Assembly: GCA_944377765.1 (NCBI GenBank) | Contig: CALWFX010000010.1 | Coordinates: forward strand, 1 to 50,497 | Direction of reading: 5' to 3' | Source of the DNA: an uncultured Clostridia bacterium | GTDB taxonomy: Bacteria > Bacillota > Clostridia > Christensenellales > UBA1242 | DNA length: 50,497 nucleotides | Shown: positions 9,601 to 21,600 of the stretch, in pieces | Position numbering within the stretch: position 1 is the stretch's first letter | Layout of the letters: every line of letters starts with the position of its first letter | Position numbers and translations under genes: made by a program | The notes under the pieces: model-generated | Database searches by the model: none | The model's input: only the letters and a program-made list of their open reading frames with translations | Told to the model about the DNA's origin: nothing

Positions 9601-12600
9601 ATCCAACAGAGACAGATTTAAAAACAGGTGTTTATAATTTCAGAATTTACATTTCTTCAAGTTTCACAGCAAACAGCAATGTTAAACTTAACATTACCTT
9701 CTTTGATGGGAATGATAGGTTGGAAACATACACTTACAACTATATTGTTGATTATCTTAAAGAAGCAGAAGTTTTGGTTGATGGTGCTCACAGTGTGATG
9801 CTTGCAAAAGGAGATACTGCTGAAGTTAGCATAACACTTGAACTTGACCAAACACTTTATAATAACACTATCACTCTTGAAAATAATTCCGCTTCAATAA
9901 CTTTAAGTGAAATTACAGAAACAGTTGCTGATTCTTACAAGGTTTACACTTCAACTTTAAGAACTTCAGTTTTATCAACGCTTCAAGATAATAAATCGAC
10001 AGGTGCTTTCTATGTTAAAGCGGCAGTTTCAAGATATGTTAATGGTGTTCAAGAAATTAAAGAAAGTTATGCAACAGTTTATCTTGTAGATTTCACAATT
10101 GATGCAGAAAAGACAAAAGTTGTTGGCTCAACAGACACAGTAAACTATAATGGTGTTGAATATGATGCCTTTAATGCTTATATTAATGATAGTAAAGGTC
10201 AGATTGCTTTTGACTACACAATTGCACCAGAAAATTATGTTTATGATGAAACTAATGTTAAAGAACAAGAAGCAGTTAAAAATCTTATGATCAAACGCAA
10301 TGAATTTATAAAAAGTAATTATTATGCTGATTCTCAAGCAGGTTATTACATAAATTATAGATACAACGAACTTACAGGTGTGTTTGAAGAACAGACATTG
10401 AAAGAAAGATTGTATTATGTAAATTCAGATGGCTCTGCAACAGCAATTTGGAATGGTCAAGACTATATCAAAAACACAACCTTTGATTTTGGCGAAGAAA
10501 CAAATGGCACTCTTGGCATTATTGGTAGACAAACAGGGAGGGTGCTTATGCGTCTTGAAACAATTGTTATTGTTGGTAACACAACCTTTGTTTATGAATA
10601 TGACTTTGTTGTTGTGGTGGAAGTTTGGACAGATGAAGAAGTTCCTCTTCCAATTTACACTGCAGAAGAATTTCTTACTTACTTAAATGGAAGCCCTGAT
10701 GACGAAGGTAACACTCATGCTGCTGATTACATTTTGATGAATGACATTGTGCTTGATGAATACACTCCATTATCTTCTCAATATTTCAACAGTTTTGATG
10801 GAAATGGTTACACAATTCATATTAATTCATTTGAATTTAGCACAGAATCAACTTCGCTTAATTTGGCATTATTCAGTGAAGTTGCAGAAAATTCCACTAT
10901 AAAAAATGTTAGAGTTAATTTATATAATGGCGGACAGATAACAGTAAATCTTAATCTTTACACTCAGGTTAATGTTGCAGGCTTTGCTCTTGAAAATAAT
11001 GGTATAATTTACAACTGTGAAGTTTTAGCTTATTATGATGAAGAAAATTCAACTTCAAGACTATCTGGTGATACTGGTCTTGTTGTGAAATTTGTTAGAG
11101 GCAATGGCACTGACCCTGTTTATTTAACATCTTCTGATGTAAATATTTCTGATGTAAATATTTCTGGATTTGTTAACAATAATAATAATGTTATAACCAA
11201 CAGTCGTGTGGGTGGAACAAGCATTGGAAAAATAATTTCTGACGATACAACAGACTATTACATAAATTACAGGCTTCCAACTTTCACAATTCAAGGACAA
11301 TGTAATGTTTCTGGTTTTGTGGGAAGCAATGTTGGAACAATTACCGCTTCCTTTGCAAATGCTGTTCAAATTAACAATGAAATGCGTTCAACAACATCAA
11401 GAACAGCGGGCTTTGTGCTTAACAACACAGGAAATGTTCAAACATCCTATGTTCAAGGTGTTGAAGTGAATGAAAGTTTATTCTTTGAAGGTTCAACAAT
11501 TGCAACAACAGGTAAAGTTGCTGGGTTTGTTTATTCAAACTCAGGACTTGTTAAAAACTCTTATGTAAACATCGCTTTTGAAATTGATGCTTCAAGAAGT
11601 TATCTATCTGCAGGTTTTGTTTACGAAAATAATGAAGATGGCGAAATTACACTTTGCTATTCATCAGTTAAAATGTCTAATACAGATATAAACGAAATGA
11701 GTTTCTCAGGTGTTGACGAACTTGGAAATGATTTGAATTTAAATAAAGACGGAATAACTTATTCATATTATTACAGCGAATCAAGAAATGACCAATCAAC
11801 ACAAGCAAGTTATGACACAGGTGCATATGCAATAACTGATGTTGAATATGAAGAAACTTTCTATAGATTCAGTTTTTCATCTGAAGAAAATGCTTATAAT
11901 GGAATTTGGATGATGACTAATAAAGGTATAACACTTGTAAGTGCAAATCAAATTGCTTTTTCAAATCGTTATATTGAATATAGTTCTGAAGATGAATATT
12001 CACTTTTCTATAACACTTTAACTGACTATGCTTCTTATAGACAAATTGACCTTTCTTATGGTTCAATCAATAACCCTATTATAATAAGAAATGCAGATGA
12101 TTTTGCAAAAGCAACAGGAAAAGCGCAAGAACTTGAAATTTCTTCGTATAAAAAATATTATAACGACAGAGAAGTTTTTGGTAATTATCGTTTGGTAAAT
12201 AACATAGATTTCTCTGAAATTGACCAAAACACAGATGGAACTGATGATATTAAACTTACAACAACAGATAAAGACTTTAAAGGCTTAATTGATGGTAACT
12301 CTTTCACAATTTCAAACATTAACCTTGGTGGTTCTGCTTCGGTTGAAAATTATGGTATTTTCAAGAGAATTGTTGACAATGCAGTTATTATGAACTTAGG
12401 GCTTCAAGTTGCATCTGTTCACAATTCAAACGCAAACATTGTGGGCACACTTGCAGGAACTGTTATTGATTCAAGATTGATTTCAATCAATTTGTCACCA
12501 ATGGAAAGGAGTGATGACGAAGAAATTCAAGCAGTTTCAATTGCAGGATACAACATTGTTGGTGGACTTGTTGGACTTGTTATGGGCGATTCAAAATTAA

Positions 12601-15600
12601 GCGATATACAAGTTACCGATATTGATGTTGACTCTGGTTATTATAGTGCAAGTAAAGAAGTTAATGGGAATAAGTCTTACACTGGTGTTGAACTTAGAAA
12701 CCTTGTTGAAATGAATTCAAGTTTAACAAGCAAGGTAAGGTTTGTTTCATATGCTGGTGGCATTGCTGGATATGTTGATATATATGACAGTATAACTGAT
12801 TCTTTTGTAAGATATTCTCCAAGCACACAGGTTACAAGTTATAATATTGCAACCATAAGAGTTTTAAACTCAGTTGATATCTATGGCGAAGTTGCAGGTG
12901 GACTTTTTGGATATATTGGAGAGTCAACCCTTGCATATGACCTTGGACTTGAAATCAATGCAGATATGGCATTAAACACACCTTCATATATCACAGCAAA
13001 AAATCTTTATGCAGGTGGTATTGTTGGTGAAAATCATGGTGGACTTTATGCAATTTATGCAGAACATACAAGAGAATTACAAGATTTAATTGAAACTAAT
13101 ATCTATAATTATTATAACAATTCATCTACAGTTGAAAGAGGACAGATGAGTATCTTCTCTTATACTCAAAACGATACCAAGCATTATGGAAGAAGATACA
13201 ACAATCCATATTATATTGGCGGACTTGTTGGTTATGCTGGAAGCGGATATATTTCAGTTGGATATAATCGTCTTAATGTTGTTTCAAATGAAGCGGAAAC
13301 CTTTACAGAAGAAAATAAATTAAGAACTTTGGCTGTTGGCGGGCTTGTTGGTTATGTTGATTCGAAAAATTACTATGCTTCAGATGTAATTTCTGGCAAT
13401 CCTGATGTTTCTTATTACTTAAACGAAGTATATTTCAGTGGGGTAATTAATGCTAACACAGCCGTTGAAGCTGGTGGACTTATTGGCAGGATTAGTTCAA
13501 CAAGTAAAGTTGCCATAGATTATGTTAATAGTGTTCCATATTATGATTTAAACACTGATATAAATAAAGTATTTTCATTTATTGGTGGCTTCGACAGTGC
13601 ACTCCCTTCAAATCTTTATGTGTTAGATACTGCTGGCGGATATAATGACTTAATGACTGCAGGCGGTGTTTCTGGTGGCACTGGCTCAGTTCCAAGTGTT
13701 GGAATTATGACAGAATATGGTGCAGTTGATGCTGAAACATTGAATGTTGTAAAGCCAATTAACGATAATTACAGTCTTAACTTTGATGAAAATAGTTATC
13801 TTAAGATTGACAGAATTGCAAGTTCTTCAATGTCAACTTTATACACAAAAATGAACAACTATTTCTTGGAAAATGGTTGGGATATAACTCAGTGGGAACA
13901 TGAAGTTGACACACTTTATCCAAGAATTGTGCTTACTCCAAAACTTTCAGTTGTGTATCTTGATGCAAGCGAAAATAGTATTCGCAATGTTATGGATTTA
14001 ATTGAAAATGGTTCAACAATGACAATTGTGGTTAGGGGAAGAGTTGATGAAAACTCAGATGCTGCACATACTGATGTTGATTTAAGAGATTATATTAATG
14101 CTTCAAACAGATTCAGTAATTATGCAGGAAAAATTGTATCTTACTATAGTTATATGAACAACAGCACTGAAGAAGGAACAGTTTCTGAAGAACAAAGAGA
14201 TAATGCAGGCAAGTTAATTGGTGGTAAAACTGGTGCAAGAGTTGGACTTATCATTGATCAGCCAATTTTTGAAAATGCTGGAACAAATTTTGAAATGGAA
14301 GATATAAATATTTATTATGCAAGGTCTGATTATGCACCAAATAGTATTTCATCTTTGCTTATCAATGGAACAGCAAACGATGCCACATTTACAAATGTTA
14401 ATATTTATCTTAACGAGTCAATCACACTTGAAGCCAATGCTCAAGGCTATGCTGGACTTATTGTAAACAGAGCAAATTCAACAACCTTCTCAAATATAAC
14501 TATTAATTTAAGAAATAGTAGCACACAAGATATTAAAATTAAATTTGAAACATATAATGGAAATTCAAATCAAGAAAGCAATTATTTTGGATTACTTGCA
14601 GGGTATATGAGTCAAGCATCACAATATAAAGGTATATTTGTTTCAAATGTTTTGATAAATTCTCTGTCTAGTATTGATAAACCGATTTCAACTTTAAATG
14701 TTGATGTTGATATTTCAAAAGGCGATACAACTGGAGATGGTAAAGCAATAAAAAATCTATACTTTGGTCTTTGGGCTGGAAATGCTTCAATTGCAAGTGG
14801 AAATAGCGTTAACACTTTTGATGCAATGTTAAGTAATTTAACAACGAGCGTAATAAAAGAAACAAATATTACAATTAATTCAAGTGATAATGTTGAGTTG
14901 TCTAATCTTTATGTTGGTGGGTATTTTGGAAGTGTTGGAACCACAAGCATAACAAGGTATAATGCAGATGCAGATAGTGGCGTTAACCTTTCAACTTTGG
15001 TGGAAAATTTAAACATTATTCAAAACATTGGTGTTTCAAATATCTATGCGGGGCTTGTTGCTGGAACAGTAAATAGCACTAACTTCAATTTTGAAGAAAA
15101 TGAAAATCAAAAAGATTTAATGCTTGGTTTGTCAGGAAGTTATAGGCAGGCAAAAGATAAGAAGATTGGAAATGTTAGTGTTGGTGCAATTTTTGGACAA
15201 ACAAATGCAAATATAACTCTTGGTCAAAAAGTTGATGTTAATTTCAATGTTCTTGGAAATTATGTAACCACAACACAAGCAGAAGTTAGCACTTTGGCAA
15301 ACGAAGATGAAGTTAAAGGCATCTACATTAAGAACGATATGGCATTAGATGATAATTCAGATATTAAACTAGATACAAATAACAATGCACAAACTGATTA
15401 TTTGCAAGTAGCAGGTATTGCTAATGTTGGCTCATTGATTGGTAACATGGTTGGCGGAACCATGAGATATAGGGCTATGGATATTAAAGGTGAAATTCAA
15501 ATAAAGAATAGTGGAGATGATGACACTAATGCTGGAGTCTTTAATGTCGGAGCAATTGGATATTTAGGTGGTGGAGAAATAAGATCTGGTGAAACAACCG

Positions 15601-18600
15601 ATAGCAGTATAATTAAAACAAACATCCTTGTTAATAACAGTTCTGATGCATTTGTCAATGTTGGCGGGTTTATTGGTGGTATTTCTGATGCAACAACAAT
15701 TCTTTCAATTGGCAATTTGGCTTATGTTGGAAATGTTGTATCTTTTGCAAAAAATCTTGTTTTTGGTGGAATTGTTGGAGATGCTGGATATGCCAGCTCA
15801 TCAGATTTAATTTCAAATGCTGTGTTTGGTGGAAATTTGCGTCACTATGTTAGAAGTAACATAGATAATAAGACTGAGTATACCGATGGAATATTGATTG
15901 CAGGCGGTATTGTTGGTAATATTAACATTCCAAAATCTAGTGTTAATATTACAGAAGTTTATACTTATGGAAATATTTTTGTAAATTATCCTAACAATTC
16001 AACCAAATATTTGAATAAATATTGTTTTGGTGGAATTGTTGGTGCAATTGGTGCTTTAACAGCAAGTAGCAGTGAAACAACTAACACTGTTAGTGTTACA
16101 AATGCATATTCACTTTTAACAAACTTTAATGATAAAATAACCTATAATGGCTATACAACAACCGATTATGTTGCTAATGCAATTGTTGGTTTTGGAGATG
16201 GTTCATCTAATTTGGGAGATAATGTTTACTATTCTTCTGGTGTTAACCTTGCTTATCAAGCAAATGAAAATGCAAATGATGTTTCTTATGGAGTGTATGT
16301 TGAAGATTATCGTGGATATACAATTCAAAACGACACAATCGGAAACACAACAAGTGAAACAGCAGAGACTCCAAGTGATGAGACTAATATTGTTGGCGAA
16401 ATTAAAAATATGTTGACAACTAATTATAATGGTTTGATTGATGCAAATGATATAAATAAATTAAATCCAACATTAATTAACAACAATAGCTTTACAGAAG
16501 ATGGAAAAGGGATTGATAACAATGAAGAATTAATAAATAATGCAAACGACAACGATATTAAATGGTATTATGCAAATTCTGATATTAGTATAAACAATGG
16601 CAGATATATCACAGATTTAAAAAATGCTGTTGTTGTTGGAAATGGCAGAACGATAAGTTATCAATTGATTGCTACAGCATCAAATGATTATGGTATCTTC
16701 CAAAATGTTGGTGGTATTAATGACACATTTACAGCAATTTCAGGTTTTGTTGCAGAAATTAATTTGGATATTGAGTTGGATAAGGAAGATAAAACTAATT
16801 ATATTGGTGGATTTATAAGTAAGAGTAAAATAAAAGATGATAATTCTCTTTACTATAATTCTGTTATCATATATGGAATTGGTGTTACTGGACAAATTGA
16901 AATTGGTGGAGATGGCAGTGCCAATGTTGGTGGGCTTGCAGGCGTTATGTATAATGGCTTAATTTCCAACTCCTTTACTGATGTCAATATCATTTATCAT
17001 GGTGGTGTTCAAAGAAGTGAAACAAATTCTGTTGTGTCATATGTGGCAAGTTCAAATGTAAGTTCAATAGCAAATAACACTGGCGATTCTATGGTTGATA
17101 TAATTGACACATTTGCAGGGGGAGCAGTTCAAAGTTATGTTTCTGCTAACCTATACTCTTTCAATGGAATTTTGTCGGTTGGCACAACAAATAATGGTGA
17201 ATATACAAATGCAAATCCAGATTTAAGAATTTTCGATTCTTACACATATTCTCAAATTTCGAGAGTGGACTATGAGTTTGGAACAAGTGGCATTTCGGGA
17301 ACATTCAGTTATAAAGGAAGTTATGCTGGTAAAAATGCAGATGAGATAAACATTCACAGTGGATTATATTTCAATAATTATAATACTGATACAAATGATG
17401 CAAATAATACAATTAAATTTACAGGTTCATCAACAAAAATTGACGATATTTCTCTTAACTATAATGGCGAAGTAGGTTCAGGATACGCAATTAAACTTGA
17501 AGAAAGAGAAGATAAAGAAAATACTGAAACAGGTGAAATAGAAAAAGCAGAGCCTGTAACCCATTCACTTTGGTTTAATTCTCCATATAGAAACTATGGT
17601 TATGCAACAACTGGTTTTGCATATTTAAGAAATGTAACTGTTTACAGTCAAGCAAGACTGGGTGGCATTGCTAGCGATGATCCAGATATAGCACAAGATG
17701 AAGATGGAAATAGAGTTGAACTTGCATACAAAACATATGACTACACTCGATTAACAAATGACCAAGCATTAGGAATTAAAAAAGATAATGGCAAAATTTA
17801 CTTTGAAAATGATGAAGAATTAGAAGTTTTCTTTGCAGTTCCTAATGGCGGAAAGTTTAAGCAAATTGCAGATATGTATAATCCTGAAAGTGAAGATACA
17901 ACAACTCAGACTGTTACTGAAATAGACGCAAAATATAATTTCTTCTTACTATATGATTTAAATTTAAATAATTTAACAGGTGATGAATCATGGACTGCAA
18001 ACAGTGACATTGGAACTGAAGACTATAATACATATATTGATGGACAAAATCATCAAATAGAATTTAATGGAAGTGGAAATGGTTTCTTTGGTGTGGCTTA
18101 TGCTGATTTAGAAAATATGAGAATAATTCTAAGTTCAGATTTAACAACTGCAAATGCAACTGAAGAAGATATATCTGTTGGCGGTAATTCAGAGACAGTA
18201 ACATATGAATACTATGGTGTGCTTGCTGGCGAACTTATTGGAAGTGCAACCAATATAACTGTAAGTGGTAATATTGAAGTAAGAGGCGATAGTAACAGAG
18301 TTATCGGCGGTCTTGTTGGTAAACTCAGTAATGGAAGCACTGTTACTGCAATTGAAAGTTTGGTAAATATTAATGTTGCTAAATCTACTAGTGGTAATAG
18401 TGGTATTAACTATGTGGGCGGTGTTGTTGGTTTTTCAGAAGGAACAATTTCAACATCTTCTAACTCTGGAAATATAATTGTTAATAACACATCAAGTTCA
18501 AAAAATCTTGCAAATCTCACTCCAACAGATGGTGTTATCAGCAATTTAACAGCAGAATTACCTAAATATGATGATAGCCTTTCAGATCTTGAAAATAATA

Positions 18601-21600
18601 CTTCTATTGAGGGAAATGAAAAAGTTTCTAATAACTTGCAAAGTGTTATTGGTGGTGTTGCTGGCTATAATGGTGGCACAATTGAAAAATCATATAACAC
18701 TTCATCAGTAATGAATAATTACAATGCTACAGATGCAAGCGTTGGCAATCTTGTAAGTGGTGGAATTGCTGGTTATTCAATTGGAGATATAGCAAATTCA
18801 TTTAACACAGGCTATGTTGTCAGCGGAAACACTTCCAACACAGGACTTGCCATTTCTGGCGGTATTGTTGGCTTTGGCAATAGTGGTGAATACGCAAACA
18901 ATATAAACGACGCCAAAGTCCAAGCAGTAAGTGAGTTAGATAGTGGAAGGTATAAAATTACTCCATTGTATTCTTTTGGAACTAATGAAAAAATAACAAA
19001 TTACTCTAGGACGGTTACTTTACGAATTGAATATAATATAGATAGTGAAAGTGAAGAAAAGGATGCAAGAAAAGTTTATGCTTATGGTATTGGTTATATA
19101 ACAAATTACACAAGCAATGATTTTGACAATAATACTAAAATGAATACTAACAAAAATTTGGCTTATGACGAAATTGTAAACGATGGTAATTTGGGATATA
19201 TTAAAAAGATATTCCAAAAAGATTATAGTGTGCAAAGATATTATGGTGCAGATCATGATAATGACAATAGATATGATGTTGAAGATAGTTATAATTTTGC
19301 AATAAATAATGGTGACCCAGATTTTAAAATAAGTGGTTATGATGCCTATGGTTTTGTAAGTAGGTTAAATTTAAATTATACTTATTCTTTTGATATTACT
19401 GCATTTAAGCACGGGTATATTGTCGAGAACACTTCAGATGATTACTACTATAAGAGGGGTACGGACTTTTTTAAGATTTCAATCACTGATTCAGAGCCAA
19501 ATGAATATAGAGACAACAGGGCTATACCTAGTGGTACAATAGATGTAAATGGTAGCACACTTAATGATAGTGATACTTCAGGTCTTTATCCTGGTGGAAC
19601 AACAAGTTATTATTTGTCAATGCCTTTCTATGGTGAAGAAGGTAATTATACTTATCAAGAAATAATTAGTGAAGAAAATAACCATACATATTATGGAGTA
19701 AAATCCGATTTAACAAGCAATGAGTATAACATTGTTAAAAAAGAGTTAAACTATAAGTATGAAGAAATTAACAAATCAAGAAAAGTTTACGTAAATAGCA
19801 CAGAAGCAGAAAGTATAAATATTAATGGAATATCTTACAATATTGTTAACAATGAAACTCAGCTTAGTAGTTACACAAGTGGATGGAACACGAATGGAAG
19901 TATAACACTAGAAATACCAAGCGTTTCTCATGGAGATAAAACTATAGCTTCATCACAACCAAAAATTGATTATGTTGAGTATGAAATAAAAGTTAATTAT
20001 GGGACTGATTATCAAACAAGTGCAACTTTAACGAAAAATAGTCAGAACTTAACACCAATTGGCTCCAGTGAAGAAATTGTTAATACAGGGAATAATAGTT
20101 ATACATTAAACTATAGTGTTTATTATAATAAGACTGATTTAGGAAATGCTTTAAAAACAGTGTTAGGTGATGATTATGCATCTAAAGATTATAGATTAAG
20201 TGTTTCATTAAATTATAATATAGAGTATGAATTTGAAGATAGTTTTGATTTATATAAAAATACAGTAACCGTTAATGGTGCTAATGTAAGCATTGATGTT
20301 GTTGATGATGCAAATAAACTGATAACTTTGGGAACTTATTTAAAGAACAGTAATGCAACTAAAACAAATGGTGATTTTGATATTGAATTTAAAGATGCAA
20401 GAGGACAAAGAGTTTATATAAATGTAGATGGAACAATACTTGATGGAACAGATGGAAATTATGGCGTTCAATCTATTAATGTAAATAGTGCTGGATCAGG
20501 AATGATAAATCTTGGAGATGCTTCAAATGCAAGTGCTTTTGCAACTGCAATTAACAATTTAACAATGACCATAAAATATCAAGTATATGGTAGTGGTAAT
20601 TATGTAATTCCAGTTGAAAGTGGCAGATTTGAAATAGAATCGGAAATTTCAAAAAGTTATAGATTTACAAGTGTAGAGTCTGGATTAAATTACAATGACG
20701 ATTATTCAGATAGTTACAATATTGAAGCAAGTGAATCAAAAATAATTTTCAGTGTCTATGAAAATAAACTTATAGAACATGATATTGTTGCTGTGTCATT
20801 TGTTTATAATCCATTAAACACAGGGGTAACTTTTGAATATAATACTGATTCTGGATTTGTAAAACATACAGGTGTTATTGAAGGCTGGGGCGGAACAGGC
20901 AGTGTAGAATATGTAATTAATGAAAATACGATTGAATTTACATGTGTAAACAGCGGAGATATTAATACTTTCATAAATTCCTTTAAGAGCATTACAAAAT
21001 TAAATATTGAAAAAGAAAAGTCTAGCTTAGAAATTGAACCTATTATAACTCAATCTGTTGGTGATGGTTTGGTAACTGTAAATTATAAATTTGATGGAGT
21101 TCTTCCAAGTGGTTACACATATAATAGTCAAACAAATGTCATTACAAGAAACGAGGGAACAAGTGTTAATCTTACATTAAATTATGTTAAAGATGGAGAT
21201 ATTAATATTCAAGACGCAAGTTCTGTGACATTAAGTTCGAATAATGATAAAATTGTTATCTATTACATTAAAAATACATTTGAAAAGAATATTATTTCTG
21301 GTAATACTCTAAATGTTAAAATTGAAGATTCAAATAAAGTTGAATATGAATTTTATCGTGAAAATTCTGATTTGCAAACAGGTGGATTGTTGGTAAGTAA
21401 AGATTATTCTGTTACAAAGGTTATATCTGAAAATTTTCCAATAAGAATTGCAAGAAATGTTACAAGACAGGGTGTTGGAATTCTTACATATGATTATGAA
21501 CAAGCAACAATTTACGATGTTAACAATTCATATAGTATTGCTGTATTAAAAGATGGCGATAAAGAAGATTTTTATTTGATATATAAAGGTACAGATGGCT

